A DNA stretch of 64,000 bases from Bacilli bacterium (GCA_017447165.1 JAFSOD010000003.1:100801-164800), one strand, 5' to 3'; shown: positions 26,361 to 38,115, counted from the stretch's first letter. Notes: a model not told the origin generated them from the letters alone. Translations and numbers: made by a program.

Positions 26361-28427
26361 TTATTTAAGTCCTAAAATCGCTACACACAAATCTGCTACT
26401 AAAAAGTTTTTCGCATAAGCTTCATCTTCACAGATGCCGTTAGAATCAAAGAAAATTTGATAATAATCTTTTAATTCAATGGTTTTTGTCTCTTCGCTTG
26501 GATTGATAATAATCAAACCTTCTTTAAATCCAGGGAGTAAAAGTTTTGGCTCTTTTACTTCAATAGTGACTAGCCCGTTTTCTAAATAATTGATATTTAC
26601 ATTCTCAAGTTCACTAACTTTATTGACCTTAAATAATGGAATCATTTTTCTAACTTTGATGAGTTCTCTCATAAACTTCACCATTTCTTGTCTAGATTCC
26701 ACTAAATCCCAGTCCATGTTATTAACTTTAGGAACATTATATGTATTATCAAGCATACATTTTGATAAACCAATTTCTTGGCCCATATGAATAAATGGAA
26801 CACCAACAGAAAGTAGAGTCATGGCATTAGCGAATTTAACTCTTTGAAGGTTAAGTTCATCATTGTCCGAGAAATAAGATATTTTATCAAATAATGTTTG
26901 GTTATCGTGACACTCCACATAGTTAATTGATTGAGAGGCATTGTCGTAACGATTCTTTAATAAACAAGCACATAAAACATTATTAAGATCACCTTGATAA
27001 TATTCATTCATAATGAATCCTTTGGAGTATTTATCAAAAGTTCCACCTTTAATGACATCTCTAAATTGGTCATTGAAGAATCCCATCTCTGGAATTTGGT
27101 GAGCATTATCACTACAACACTTCTTATCTTTAGGTAAGCCAGTCATCATATCCCAGCCTTCTCCATACATTAAAGCGTCAGGTTTAATCGACTTAACAAC
27201 TTTAACTGCCTCTTTAGCGGTTTGTAAGTCAATAAGGCCAAGAAGGTCAAAACGATAACCATCCAAATCAAAGGTTTCAGTGAAATATTTTAAAGAATCT
27301 AAAATATGTTTCCTAACCATGCTTCTTTCGCTAGCAATGTCGTTGCCACATCCACTACCTTCAGAGATTCTCTTGCCTAATCTACGGAAATAATAGTTAG
27401 GTAAGTTTCTATGAAAATCACTATTTTGATATTCATATATGTGGTTATAAACCACATCAAGAACGACTCTAATATCGTTTTTATGAAGTTCTGCAATCAT
27501 CTTCTTAAATTCTAATAGTCTAGCTAAAGGATCCTCGGGATAGTTAGAATAACTTCCTTCTAAAGAGAAATAGTTAGTTGGGTTATAGCCCCAGTTATAA
27601 TGGTCAACCTCAACGTCATCAACTCCAAAGAAATCATGAACAGGAAGAATTTGTACGTGAGTAACTCCAAGCTTCTTTAAATAATCAATTTTATTAATAA
27701 CACCTAGATATTTACCTGGGCAGTCATTTGTTTTATCTGCTTCAGTAAAGTCTCTAATATCCATCTCATAAATAATCGCTTCATTTGGAGATTTGATTTG
27801 AGTGGTTGGTTTTTCTTTTTTAATAACATTTAAAGCACTTAAATCAATAACCGCAGAGTATTTAGAATTTAAAGATGTACCGATACCGTATGGATCTCTA
27901 ATTTCCTTAATAACTCCGTTTTGATGTATAACATAGTTATACTTCTTATTAAATAAGTCACCTTTAACAGTTAATTTATAAACACCTTTTTCTTTCCTTT
28001 TCATTGGTAAAAGAACAAAGTTGTTTTCACTTTTTTCTAATTTCACAAAGGCTTTATCACTAATTGGGCTCCAGAGTTTAAAGATAGTTTCTTCTTTAAA
28101 ATAGAATGCTCCGAATTCTTCGTTGGTTGGTGAATATAGCTCATCAAATTCTTTGCTAGTGACATAGCTACGATAATCAACACCTAATTCATCTCCAGAA
28201 TTAGTTTTAACAATATTAAGGTTACCTAAAATAATTTCTATATCACTAGTGGCCTCAATTCTAAATAATTTATCACTTCTAGAGAATCGAGAAATTTTCA
28301 AAGGATGAGGCACACCATTAATTTCTAATTTGAAATTAACATCGTTGATGTCATTAGATTCTCCATAATACATAATAGCTAAGTTGTTTTTATTGATTAA
28401 CTCAGCGTTTATTAATCCATAATCCAT
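26361..28427 (-). CDS. pulA: Type I pullulanase / debranching enzyme (GH13)
   Basis: YNWGYNP, GYRFDLLG, YGEGWD and YVECHDN conserved GH13 regions. No signal peptide is visible. Confidence 0.88.
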   Translation of the reverse strand: MDYGLINAELINKNNLAIMYYGESNDINDVNFKLEINGVPHPLKISRFSRSDKLFRIEATSDIEIILGNLNIVKTNSGDELGVDYRSYVTSKEFDELYSPTNEEFGAFYFKEETIFKLWSPISDKAFVKLEKSENNFVLLPMKRKEKGVYKLTVKGDLFNKKYNYVIHQNGVIKEIRDPYGIGTSLNSKYSAVIDLSALNVIKKEKPTTQIKSPNEAIIYEMDIRDFTEADKTNDCPGKYLGVINKIDYLKKLGVTHVQILPVHDFFGVDDVEVDHYNWGYNPTNYFSLEGSYSNYPEDPLARLLEFKKMIAELHKNDIRVVLDVVYNHIYEYQNSDFHRNLPNYYFRRLGKRISEGSGCGNDIASERSMVRKHILDSLKYFTETFDLDGYRFDLLGLIDLQTAKEAVKVVKSIKPDALMYGEGWDMMTGLPKDKKCCSDNAHQIPEMGFFNDQFRDVIKGGTFDKYSKGFIMNEYYQGDLNNVLCACLLKNRYDNASQSINYVECHDNQTLFDKISYFSDNDELNLQRVKFANAMTLLSVGVPFIHMGQEIGLSKCMLDNTYNVPKVNNMDWDLVESRQEMVKFMRELIKVRKMIPLFKVNKVSELENVNINYLENGLVTIEVKEPKLLLPGFKEGLIIINPSEETKTIELKDYYQIFFDSNGICEDEAYAKNFLVADLCVAILGLK

Positions 28428-28429
28428 AA

Positions 28430-31018
28430 TTAACTAATTACTTCGTCACTACTAGGAATAAAATCGTCATCATCAATAGGTCCGCCAATAACCGCACATC
28501 CTTTGGTGTTGCCGTCTACTTCTGTAGAAACAATGCCTTCCATTTGTAAGCGTTTAAAGAATTTACCTGCTCTATTAAATCCAACCATGCACTCTCTTTG
28601 AATTTTACTCATTGAGACAAACTTTTGGGTTAAAACCCAATCCTTAACAGATTGATATTTCATTTCCTCGGCCTCATCTGCTTCTTTTTGAATCTCTCCA
28701 GAAGCAACAAGTTGTTTACCAACTTCTTTAGAATGATCCACTAAATCAAGGTAATTTGGATCATAGTTGGTTGGATAATGTTCTTTTAAATAAGAAACAA
28801 TACGTATAATTTCTTTATTTTGTACGAAACAACCTTGTAGCCTAACCACATCTCCACCAGGTAAAAGTGGGGTTTGTACCAACATATCACCCTTACCTAA
28901 TAATTTCTCTGCTCCACCTTCTCCAATAATAGTCATAGAGTCAGTATAGCTTGCGGTAGTTAAAGCCACGTGAGTTGGTAAATTGCCTTTAATAACGCCA
29001 GTAATAACGTTTGTGGATGGTCTTTGAGTGGAAATAAGTAAGTGAATACCACAAGCACGAGCTTTTTGAGCGATAGAAACAACTGGAAGGCTGATGTCTT
29101 TACAGCGGTCCACTAAATCCGCGTATTCATCTAAGATGACGACGATATAAGGCATTAACTCCTTGTCGTTTTCTTCTGCCCATTCGTTATATTGGTCGAT
29201 TTCACTGACCATCCCGTTATCAGCGAAGATTTCATAACGATGATTCATCTCTTCACATAATTTAGTAAGCATCACTTTAGTCTTATCTGGCTCAGTAATA
29301 ATTGGACAGAGCAAATGAGGCATATCTTTATATTTAGACATTTCCACCATCTTAGGGTCGACTAAAACAATTCTTAATAAATCAGGTGATGCTCTCATAA
29401 TTAAAGTCGAGATAATGGAGTGGATGAAAATTGATTTACCACTTCCAGTGGTACCCGCAACTAAAATATGAGGGAATTTATTAAATTCGGAATAAATAAC
29501 GTTGCCGGACAAGTCTTTGCCAAAGCCAACAGCCAATGGTTTCTTTTTAGCGTCAGGAAGAGCTTCCACAACTTCTTTAAAACTCACTGTTGTAATCTTT
29601 GCGTTAGGAGCCTCTAAGCCTGAGAAGGATTCATTAGCGACGATTGGAGTAAATCTAGTTCTTACGCCGCCTAATCTCATAGAGATATCATCGATTAACT
29701 TCTCCACAGATTTCATTGGAACATTTGGATCATATTCAATGTTGTATCGAGTAACACTTGGTCCAATTTTATAACCAGTACAACGAGCACCAACTTTAAA
29801 GTTGGTCAAAATATTGTTGATAGCTTCCACTCTATTAACAGCGACTTGAGTATTTAACTCATTAGCATCATCGTTTTCATAAGTCATTAAAATATCAGTG
29901 GAAGGTGGAACCCAATTAATTGGTTCTTTCTTTTTAGGCTCTTCTAAAATTGGAGCTGGTTCTGGAATTGTTTGTTCTGGCTCTTCTTCTACTTCATTTA
30001 AGAAAACTGGTTGTGCTCTTACTAGAGTCTCATCAATTTGAGGTTTTTCCTCAACAACTTCATTAACAACTTCTGGTCTAGTTTCAATGAGATTTTCAAT
30101 CTCAATTTCTTCCTTAACCACACTTTCAGGAATTGGTTCAGGTTCATATTTAATAGGTTCAGGAATAGGAGCGTGGTTAACGATTTGTGTTTCAACTTTT
30201 CTTTGTCTAGAGAACACTAAAGGAGTAAATTCACGACTATCGTTTTGAGCGTGCATCACTCCATGATTTTCATCCAAAGACATAGTTGGCTTAGAAAAAC
30301 CACTATTTTGATTGATAAATGGTGTTTGATCGCTTTCAAATCCTCTTTTAATCTCCACTGGTTCTGGACTAATTAAAGAGACTGGTTCATTTTCTTCTTT
30401 AACTAGCTCCTCTTCAACCTTTATAGGTTTTTCTTCTTTGACTTTAACAAGCTTGACTGGTTTTTCTTTCTTTTTCTCACTCTTAATCCAAGAAGTAATC
30501 ACAGGCATAAAGAAGATAACTAAAGATACAACTAAAAGCATAATGCCTAGGAATACCGCAACTGTATTGTTGTTGATGCCAACACCTAAAGACAAACCAA
30601 GTAAGCCATGTTTAAATCCGCCAACATAGGCGAAAGGATTAAAGGTAACTGGAGCATAATATCCACTTAATGAAGCATTAAAGGAATTAACCGCAGTACC
30701 GACGCTATCAAATGTTGGTGTGTCATAAACACTTAAGAAGAAAAACATTGATAAGAAAAATAAAGGAACTGAGAAAATAATATTTGCTTCCTTTAACTTT
30801 ATTTTTCTTCTAAAAATAATTCTTAAAAAGCCATATAGGAACAATAAGACAAATAGCACATAATAAGAGGCCCCAAATAAATATAAAGGGACGAAGGCAA
30901 AAGTACGCGCTACTTTACCAACGTTAATAATTATTATAACGGATATTAAACAAAGGGTTAGACCCTTGACAATATTCTCGATTTTCGAGTTAATTTTAAG
31001 CTTCTTTTTTTCACCCAT
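28430..31018 (-). CDS. ftsK: DNA translocase FtsK/SpoIIIE
   Basis: N-terminal TM domain, E/P/V-rich linker, Walker A AGTTGSGKS, C-terminal gamma (winged-helix) domain. Confidence 0.95.
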   Translation of the reverse strand: MGEKKKLKINSKIENIVKGLTLCLISVIIIINVGKVARTFAFVPLYLFGASYYVLFVLLFLYGFLRIIFRRKIKLKEANIIFSVPLFFLSMFFFLSVYDTPTFDSVGTAVNSFNASLSGYYAPVTFNPFAYVGGFKHGLLGLSLGVGINNNTVAVFLGIMLLVVSLVIFFMPVITSWIKSEKKKEKPVKLVKVKEEKPIKVEEELVKEENEPVSLISPEPVEIKRGFESDQTPFINQNSGFSKPTMSLDENHGVMHAQNDSREFTPLVFSRQRKVETQIVNHAPIPEPIKYEPEPIPESVVKEEIEIENLIETRPEVVNEVVEEKPQIDETLVRAQPVFLNEVEEEPEQTIPEPAPILEEPKKKEPINWVPPSTDILMTYENDDANELNTQVAVNRVEAINNILTNFKVGARCTGYKIGPSVTRYNIEYDPNVPMKSVEKLIDDISMRLGGVRTRFTPIVANESFSGLEAPNAKITTVSFKEVVEALPDAKKKPLAVGFGKDLSGNVIYSEFNKFPHILVAGTTGSGKSIFIHSIISTLIMRASPDLLRIVLVDPKMVEMSKYKDMPHLLCPIITEPDKTKVMLTKLCEEMNHRYEIFADNGMVSEIDQYNEWAEENDKELMPYIVVILDEYADLVDRCKDISLPVVSIAQKARACGIHLLISTQRPSTNVITGVIKGNLPTHVALTTASYTDSMTIIGEGGAEKLLGKGDMLVQTPLLPGGDVVRLQGCFVQNKEIIRIVSYLKEHYPTNYDPNYLDLVDHSKEVGKQLVASGEIQKEADEAEEMKYQSVKDWVLTQKFVSMSKIQRECMVGFNRAGKFFKRLQMEGIVSTEVDGNTKGCAVIGGPIDDDDFIPSSDEVIS

Positions 31019-31060
31019 GCTAATATTATATGTGTGTACGCGAAAAAGTGAAAGAAAAAA

Positions 31061-31078
31061 AGCACTTAATTAAGTGCT
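31061..31078 (-). terminator. Terminator downstream of rnj
   Basis: The palindromic stem AGCACTTAA/TTAAGTGCT is flanked by A and T runs. On the minus strand it is followed by TTTTTTTCTTTC. Confidence 0.6.
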
Positions 31079-31080
31079 TT

Positions 31081-32772
31081 TTACTTATCATTCACCAAGA
31101 TAATTGGTTCTATTAATGGCTCTCGGCCATTTTCTCTTCTAATAAACCATCTGGCGCGATCTTTAATGGTGTTTTTCGCTTCTTCCATGCTAATACCTTT
31201 AACTAGAGCAGCATTAACTTCTTCAACAAAGATTTGGGTAATAGATTTAAAGATTGGTTCTGCCTCTTTAACATAAACAAATCCACGCATTTGACAATCA
31301 GGACCCGCAATAATACGTTTTTCTTTTAAGGAAACAGTTGCGGCGATGACCACTGCTCCATCAACGCCTAACTTTTGTCTAGTTTCCACGACTTCGGTTG
31401 CGTCTTTAGTAACACCTTTACCATCAACAATCACAGGAGCAACATCAATTCCAGTCACTTCACAAGGTAAAATGATAGGACGTTTACCTTGTTCAAAGAT
31501 AAGTTGCATACCATTATCTAAAACAAAGACATTCATATGATTTAAACCAATTCCAAGAGAGACTGCTAATTTGGCATTTTCCATGATTTTGGTATAGTGC
31601 CCACGGACTGGGAAATAATATTTTGGTCTAAAGATATTTAAGATAAATCTTAAATCATCCTCTTGAGCGTGCATTGAATGGACGTCTTTTCCTTTTAACC
31701 ACACCACTTGACAGCCAGTGCGGTAGATTTCATCCATATTTCTAGTACAAGCTGTTTCAAATATTGGTCTAGGAACTGCCACATTCATAAAGATGTCATC
31801 AGGCATAACTTTGATGCGCTTATCAGAATTTAAGCCGTGCGCTAATGCACCAGTTTCTTTAAATAAATCATCAGAGTGGCCTACCATTAAGATGACTAAG
31901 TCAGTGTTTTTTACTCTTAATAAGTCTTCTTTAGAAACAAAACTATTTTTAGCAAATGTTGTGGTTTCAGTAGCCTCCATGACATATTTCATCACGGTTT
32001 CGGTATATTGATCATAACAATAAATCTTCTTGTTATATTTTTGCGCTAACTTGCAGATTTCTCTTAAACGATACATATTTTGCCAATAGCAAAGCACAAA
32101 AATACGTTTATTAAGTTTGAAATATTTTTCCACTAAGTCATTAATACGATGTTTAGGGGAACAATATCCGTTTTTATCAGCAGCTTTAGATTCTGCCATT
32201 AAAAGAAGCGTTTCTTCTTTAGCGAGTTCACTGGTCATACCAAGGTCAAATCTATAACCAGTTTCATTAGTTGCAAAGTTGATAATAAAATCAGAAGTAT
32301 AAATGATATTTCCTTGATCTGTAGAGATTGCAACTCCAAAGGAGTTAGCAGCGTTATGACAGGTTTGGAAGAATCTAATTTTACGATTGGCAACAATTAT
32401 TTCATCAGTTGGTTTAACGATGACATAGTCAAATTGAGTTTTGGCCTCAATAATGGATAATTGTCCTTCAATAATAACTTTGGTTGTTTGTGTACAATAA
32501 ACTTTTGCAGGAGCGTATTTATAGAAATATCTAAGAGCTCCAAATGATTCATCGTGGCCGTGTGTAATAAAATAGCCTTTAACACGATTTTTATTCTTAA
32601 TAAGATAATCAGAGTTAGGAAGTAAATAGTCAACACCTGGAAGGGTTTTATCAGGTAAAGCAGATCCAGCATCTAAAACGAAAATATCGTCGTTTATTTC
32701 AACAACATAACAATCTCTTCCGTCCTCGTCTAATCCAGCAAGGGCAAATACCTTAATTCGATCCGACATCAA
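31081..32772 (-). CDS. rnj: Ribonuclease J
   Basis: Metallo-beta-lactamase THGHDE motif and beta-CASP architecture, 563 aa. Confidence 0.92.
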   Translation of the reverse strand: MMSDRIKVFALAGLDEDGRDCYVVEINDDIFVLDAGSALPDKTLPGVDYLLPNSDYLIKNKNRVKGYFITHGHDESFGALRYFYKYAPAKVYCTQTTKVIIEGQLSIIEAKTQFDYVIVKPTDEIIVANRKIRFFQTCHNAANSFGVAISTDQGNIIYTSDFIINFATNETGYRFDLGMTSELAKEETLLLMAESKAADKNGYCSPKHRINDLVEKYFKLNKRIFVLCYWQNMYRLREICKLAQKYNKKIYCYDQYTETVMKYVMEATETTTFAKNSFVSKEDLLRVKNTDLVILMVGHSDDLFKETGALAHGLNSDKRIKVMPDDIFMNVAVPRPIFETACTRNMDEIYRTGCQVVWLKGKDVHSMHAQEDDLRFILNIFRPKYYFPVRGHYTKIMENAKLAVSLGIGLNHMNVFVLDNGMQLIFEQGKRPIILPCEVTGIDVAPVIVDGKGVTKDATEVVETRQKLGVDGAVVIAATVSLKEKRIIAGPDCQMRGFVYVKEAEPIFKSITQIFVEEVNAALVKGISMEEAKNTIKDRARWFIRRENGREPLIEPIILVNDK

Positions 32773-32836
32773 ATTCTCCTTATATGAATATTGACTATAA
32801 CTAATAGTTAACTATATTTTAAAAAGTTTAAAACAT

Positions 32837-33178
32837 TTAATCAATGTTTTTTGTAATGATGATATCTGCACCTGTATTTAATACATTTTTTATAGCGATA
32901 TCACCAATATGGGTAGGAGCGTCAACTCCTACTTTATTAATTTCTTCCATCACTTCAAAAATCATACCTTTAGGAATGCTAGTAGAAGTTTTAACAGAAA
33001 CCACTGTGTTCTCTCTATTTTTAACCCTCACAAATGAAGTAATCATTCTTTTTGGATTGGTCACTTCATTTTTAGCGTACTCTGCCCCTCTTGGACATGA
33101 ATTTCCCGTAACATTTAGCTCATCATCAATTGTTAATCGACATCCACGAGGACAGACGATACAAGTAAATTCTTTCAT
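32837..33178 (-). CDS. DUF1667 domain protein (third subunit of the G3P-dehydrogenase-like cluster)
   Basis: CIVCPRGC and CPRG Cys motifs, 113 aa. Tightly linked to the two upstream oxidoreductase genes. Confidence 0.8.
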   Translation of the reverse strand: MKEFTCIVCPRGCRLTIDDELNVTGNSCPRGAEYAKNEVTNPKRMITSFVRVKNRENTVVSVKTSTSIPKGMIFEVMEEINKVGVDAPTHIGDIAIKNVLNTGADIIITKNID

Positions 33179-33179
33179 A

Positions 33180-34427
33180 TTATCTTTCCTCCAATGACAC
33201 AGTTATCTCACCTTTTACATTAGCAAGCTTGTCTTTACTAACTTTAATCATCACCATTTCACTAGGAATAAGAACTGGCTTAACAACTTTATGGAAAATA
33301 GTCTCTTCACTAGAGAAATTCACGAAAACATTTTTAATTGGTTTTCTCACTCTAAATTTGAAAGTGACATCATGATCTAAATCAGTCTCAATAAATTGAG
33401 GAATGACATATCCCACTCCATTTCCTGGACTAACTTTAATCTTCACTTTCTTAGAAACTTCGCCTTTTATATATCTAGCTGCAGCTCTACCAGCTTCTCG
33501 ACCTTCTTCAGTAACAAAATCAACAACATCATGAACATGTAAGCAGTTACCACAAGCAAAGATGCCAGGGATGCTTGTTTCTAATTGATCGTTGACCATT
33601 GCTCCTTTAGTAGAGCTAATATTTACATCAATGTTCTCAAGTAAAGATACATAAGGGATTAAACCAACAGAAAGAAGTAAGGTATCACATTCAAATTCCA
33701 TCTCTGTTCCGGGGATGAATTTCATCTTATCATCGACCGCAGCGAGTACTACTTTTTCTACCCTACCTTTGCCTTCAACTCTAAGAACACTTCTAGAGAG
33801 ATATAAAGGAATGTTGTAGTCATTTAAACATTGAGCGATATTTCGATTTAAGCCATTAGAATAGGGCATAAGTTCACTAACACAAAGAACTTTAGCGCCT
33901 TCTAAAGTCATACGTCTAGCCATGATTAAGCCAATATCGCCACTACCAAGAATCACAATTCTTTTACCAGCGAGATAGCCATGGATATTTAAATATTTTT
34001 GTGCAGTACCTGCGGTAATAATACCCGCTACTCTATCTCCAGAAAGTTGAATCGCTCCTGGACTACGTTCATAGCAACCAGTAGCAAAGACAATAGCCTT
34101 AGCCTCAATATCCACAACTCCATCCGTCGCATTAGAATAAGTGACAACTTTCTCTTTAGAAATATTTAAAACTAAAGAATCAAGTTTATATTCAATTCCT
34201 AATTCTTTAACTTGATCAGCAAATCTAGATAAATATTCTGGGCCAGTTAATTCTTCTTTAAATTCCGTTAAACCAAAGCCGTTATGAATGCATTGATTTA
34301 AAATGCCACCAAGAACACTATCCTTTTCAAGAATAAGAATATCATCGATACCGTTCTTTTTAGCTTCGATAGCAGCGGCCATTCCAGCGGAACCACCGCC
34401 AATAATGACTAAATCACGTTTAATCAT
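33180..34427 (-). CDS. NAD(P)/FAD-dependent oxidoreductase (pyridine nucleotide-disulfide family)
   Basis: GGGSAGMAAA and GSGDIGL dinucleotide-binding motifs. Overlaps the upstream gene by 4 nt. Confidence 0.85.
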   Translation of the reverse strand: MIKRDLVIIGGGSAGMAAAIEAKKNGIDDILILEKDSVLGGILNQCIHNGFGLTEFKEELTGPEYLSRFADQVKELGIEYKLDSLVLNISKEKVVTYSNATDGVVDIEAKAIVFATGCYERSPGAIQLSGDRVAGIITAGTAQKYLNIHGYLAGKRIVILGSGDIGLIMARRMTLEGAKVLCVSELMPYSNGLNRNIAQCLNDYNIPLYLSRSVLRVEGKGRVEKVVLAAVDDKMKFIPGTEMEFECDTLLLSVGLIPYVSLLENIDVNISSTKGAMVNDQLETSIPGIFACGNCLHVHDVVDFVTEEGREAGRAAARYIKGEVSKKVKIKVSPGNGVGYVIPQFIETDLDHDVTFKFRVRKPIKNVFVNFSSEETIFHKVVKPVLIPSEMVMIKVSKDKLANVKGEITVSLEER

Positions 34428-35863
34428 AACTTCTTCACCTCCTCTAGGAGGATATTAGAATTATCTTTATCCCATTTAATATCTAAAGGTGAAACACCAT
34501 AATGTTTCGCTAAAATCATGGTGACCATTGGAGAACAGAATCCACCTTGGCATTTACCAAAGCCGGCTCTACATCTTCTTTTCACACCCTTAACAGTTTT
34601 AGGAGGAACACTTCTAGAAAGTAAATCTTTAATCTCTCCTAAAGAGACTTTTTCACAACTACAAATAATCTTCCCATATTCTGGATTAGATTTGATTAAT
34701 CTATTTCTTTCTTCTTTGCTGATATCATTTAAAACGTGATATTTCTTCACTCTTGGGTTATAGTTTTTCTTTTCTTCTAAATTAAATAATTTAGAGACGT
34801 AGTTATTAACTACATATTCCGCGATTGCCGGAGAAGAAGCAAGTCCTGGAGATTCAATACCCGCAACATTAATGAAATATTTATTAGATTTAGCAGGTTC
34901 AATAATAAAATCATGGGTGGATAGAGTGGCTCTCATACCAGAGAACACTCTAATCACTTGATTAAATGGAATGGATGGAATCATATCCACTGCTTGTCTT
35001 CTTACATTTGCCAATGTTTCTGAATCAGTGGCAACATCATCTTTATCTTCATCAAATTCACTACTTGGTCCAACGATATAGTTATTAGAATTAGTTAGAG
35101 ACACTAAAACACCTTTTCCCTTTTCGCTTGGAAGTGGGAATATAGTGTGATTAACTAAACCAAGTTTATAATGATCTAAAACAAAGTATTCACCTTTTCT
35201 TGGATTAATCTTCCAATCAATTGGTTCAATCATCTTAGCGATTTCATCACTATATAACCCTGCACAGTTGATAACAACTTTAGCGATAAATACTTCTTTA
35301 TTAGTTCTAACTTCAAAGTGGTCAGAAAGATATTTTATATCTTTAACTTCTTGCTCTAGGAATAATTTAACGCCGTTATCAACCGCGTTTTCTACTGCAT
35401 GGACCACTAAGTTGAATGGATCAATAATTCCAGCGGTAGGGGCTAAAAGAGCGCCTACTACTTCGTTAGATACATTTGGTTCAAGTTTTCTAGTTTCTTC
35501 TTTATCTAAGAGTCTAGTTTCTACTCCATTAGCTATAGCTCTAGTTTGAAGTTCTTTTAAAGTTTTAAGTTGTTCTTCACTAGTGGCTAAAGTCATGGAG
35601 CCAATACGCTTAAAGTGGACATCTAGTTCTTCACTAATTAAGTCAAACATCTTATTTCCTTCAACATTAAGTTTGGCTTTAAGAGTTCCAGGAACTGGAT
35701 CATAACCACTATGGATAATGGCACTATTAGCGTTACTAGTGACATTACCAACATCATTTTCTTTTTCTAATAGGGCAACCGAAAGAGAATAACGCGAAAG
35801 CTTTCTAGCTACCATCGCGCCGACTACGCCAGCGCCAATAATTAATACATCGTACATACACAT
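34424..35863 (-). CDS. FAD-dependent glycerol-3-phosphate dehydrogenase/oxidase-like protein with a BFD-like [2Fe-2S] domain
   Basis: DVLIIGAGVVGA FAD motif. C-terminal ICSCEKVSLGEI...CQGGFC BFD-like Cys pattern. The start could be 35863 or 35857. Confidence 0.8.
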   Translation of the reverse strand: MCMYDVLIIGAGVVGAMVARKLSRYSLSVALLEKENDVGNVTSNANSAIIHSGYDPVPGTLKAKLNVEGNKMFDLISEELDVHFKRIGSMTLATSEEQLKTLKELQTRAIANGVETRLLDKEETRKLEPNVSNEVVGALLAPTAGIIDPFNLVVHAVENAVDNGVKLFLEQEVKDIKYLSDHFEVRTNKEVFIAKVVINCAGLYSDEIAKMIEPIDWKINPRKGEYFVLDHYKLGLVNHTIFPLPSEKGKGVLVSLTNSNNYIVGPSSEFDEDKDDVATDSETLANVRRQAVDMIPSIPFNQVIRVFSGMRATLSTHDFIIEPAKSNKYFINVAGIESPGLASSPAIAEYVVNNYVSKLFNLEEKKNYNPRVKKYHVLNDISKEERNRLIKSNPEYGKIICSCEKVSLGEIKDLLSRSVPPKTVKGVKRRCRAGFGKCQGGFCSPMVTMILAKHYGVSPLDIKWDKDNSNILLEEVKKL

Positions 35864-35910
35864 ATTATAAAATAAAAACTCCCGATTAATCGAGAGTTTT
35901 GTTGAGTTTT

Positions 35911-38115
35911 TTATTTACGGAATTTACGTGGACCTTTGATAGATTTATCAGGACGATGATGATGTTCTAATTTTCTTTCTTCAGTCTCTAATACGCCTTC
36001 TGGTTTTTCCAAAAACTCTTTCGCGGAGACCTTAACCTTGCCGTGTTCATCAATTTCGATGACTCTGACTTTGAGTTTATCGCCGACTCTAACAACATCA
36101 CTTGCCTTAGAGACATATCCCCAGCCTAAGCGAGAGACGTGACATAAGCCTTCAACATTGCCAAAGAGTTTAACGAATGCACCATAGTCTTCAACACGGG
36201 TGACTTCACCAACGAATTCTTCACCAACTTTGGCTTCTCTAACAATATCAAGAATGATTTGTTTAGCTTTGTTGATGACTTCTCTATCCATATGGTATAA
36301 GGTAACTTGTCCGTTATCTTCAATGTCAATCTTGACATTGTCGCATTGAGCGATAATTTCATTAATGACTTTACCGCCAGTACCAATAACTTCTCTAATC
36401 TTGTCCACATCAATGAAGAATGTGTCCATCTTAGGAGCGTACTTACCGACATCTGGACGTGGTTCAGCGATGGCTTTCTTCATCACTTCACGAATCTTCG
36501 CACGCGCTTCGTGGGCTTGTGCTAAGGCTTCACGTAAGACTTCTTTGGTGACACCTTTGATTTTGATATCCATTTGAAGAGCAGTAATACCTTTTTCTGT
36601 ACCAGCGACTTTGAAGTCCATATCACCAAAGTGATCTTCTAAGCCTTGGATATCGGTAAGAATGGTATATGGGTGCTTGCCGTCAAGTGGTCCAGAGGAG
36701 ATTAATCCCATAGCGATACCGCTAACCATAGCCTTAATTGGGACACCTGCCGCCATTAAGGACATACAGGAAGCACAAATAGAAGCTTGAGAGGAGCTAC
36801 CATTAGATTCCACGACTTCTGCCACTGTTCTAATGGTGTATGGGAATTCTTCAGCGCTTGGGATAACGTAAGATAACGCTCTTTCACCTAACGCACCATG
36901 ACCGATTTCTCTTCTTCCTGGAGAGCCCATTCTACCCACTTCACCAACAGAATATGGTGGGAAGTTATAATGATGCATCCAGTGTCTAGTTTCTTCATCA
37001 GTCAAATTATCAATAATTTGTTCATCACTCTTAGCACCTAAAGTTGTGACAGCGATAACTTGAGTTTGACCTCTAGTAAACATCGCAGAACCGTGTGTTC
37101 TTGGGAGCAAATCAACTTGAGCGTCAAGTGGTCTAATTTCATCAACTTTACGACCATCTGGTCTAATCTTTTCATCAGTGATTAATCTTCTAACTTCTTT
37201 AGCCACTAATTTTTCTAAGGTTTCTTTGACCATATGCACCGCTTTTTGATGTTCTTTTTCATCCGCGTATTTTCTTGTGTCATAGTCATCGATAATTTCA
37301 TTTTCAATCGCATCAATCGCATCTTGTCTTTCTAACTTATCAAAGATAGAGATAGCTTTAACTAAACGAGCTTCTGCTCTTTCAGTAACATCTTTTTCAA
37401 TGACTGGATCACAGACATATAATTCGATTTCTCTTTTTGGTTTGCCAACTTCTTTAATGATTTTTTCTTGCCAGACACAGAGCTTTTTAATGGCTTCGTG
37501 ACCAAACATTAAAGCGTCTAACATATCTTCTTCGCTGACTTGATCAGCACCAGCTTCCACCATGTTAATGGCTTCTTTGGTACCAGCAACGGCTAAGTTA
37601 ATATCAGATTTGGCTCTTTCTTCAACGGTTGGGTTAATGATGAATTTACCATCAACTCTACCAACATAGACCCCAGCAATTGGTCCATCAAATGGAATAT
37701 CAGAGATTCCAAGAGCTAAGCTTGAACCAAGCATAGCGGTCATTTCTGGAGTGCAGTCTAAGTCAACAGACATCACGGTGTTAACAATTTGCACTTCGTT
37801 TCTAAATCCTTCAGAGAACATAGGTCTGATAGGACGGTCAATTAATCGGGCTGTTAAGGTTGCATGTTCACTTGCTCTACCTTCTCTTCTTAAGAAGGAT
37901 CCTGGGATTTTACCAACAGCGTATTGTTTTTCTTCATAACCAACGGTTAATGGGAAGAAATCGCCTTCTTTTGGTAAATCGGAAGCACATGCGGTGGAAA
38001 GAACTACAGTTTCGTTTAATCTTACAAGCACAGCACCGTCGGCTTGTTTGGCAATCTCGCCAGTTTCAACAACGAATTTCTTTCCTTCGAATTCTAATTC
38101 GAATACTTTCTTCAT
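35911..38115 (-). CDS. pnp: Polyribonucleotide nucleotidyltransferase (PNPase)
   Basis: Two RNase PH domains followed by KH and S1 domains. The likely start is ATG 38115 ([14 protein letters not shown]). There is a short basic C-terminal tail. Confidence 0.96.
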   Translation of the reverse strand: MKKVFELEFEGKKFVVETGEIAKQADGAVLVRLNETVVLSTACASDLPKEGDFFPLTVGYEEKQYAVGKIPGSFLRREGRASEHATLTARLIDRPIRPMFSEGFRNEVQIVNTVMSVDLDCTPEMTAMLGSSLALGISDIPFDGPIAGVYVGRVDGKFIINPTVEERAKSDINLAVAGTKEAINMVEAGADQVSEEDMLDALMFGHEAIKKLCVWQEKIIKEVGKPKREIELYVCDPVIEKDVTERAEARLVKAISIFDKLERQDAIDAIENEIIDDYDTRKYADEKEHQKAVHMVKETLEKLVAKEVRRLITDEKIRPDGRKVDEIRPLDAQVDLLPRTHGSAMFTRGQTQVIAVTTLGAKSDEQIIDNLTDEETRHWMHHYNFPPYSVGEVGRMGSPGRREIGHGALGERALSYVIPSAEEFPYTIRTVAEVVESNGSSSQASICASCMSLMAAGVPIKAMVSGIAMGLISSGPLDGKHPYTILTDIQGLEDHFGDMDFKVAGTEKGITALQMDIKIKGVTKEVLREALAQAHEARAKIREVMKKAIAEPRPDVGKYAPKMDTFFIDVDKIREVIGTGGKVINEIIAQCDNVKIDIEDNGQVTLYHMDREVINKAKQIILDIVREAKVGEEFVGEVTRVEDYGAFVKLFGNVEGLCHVSRLGWGYVSKASDVVRVGDKLKVRVIEIDEHGKVKVSAKEFLEKPEGVLETEERKLEHHHRPDKSIKGPRKFRK

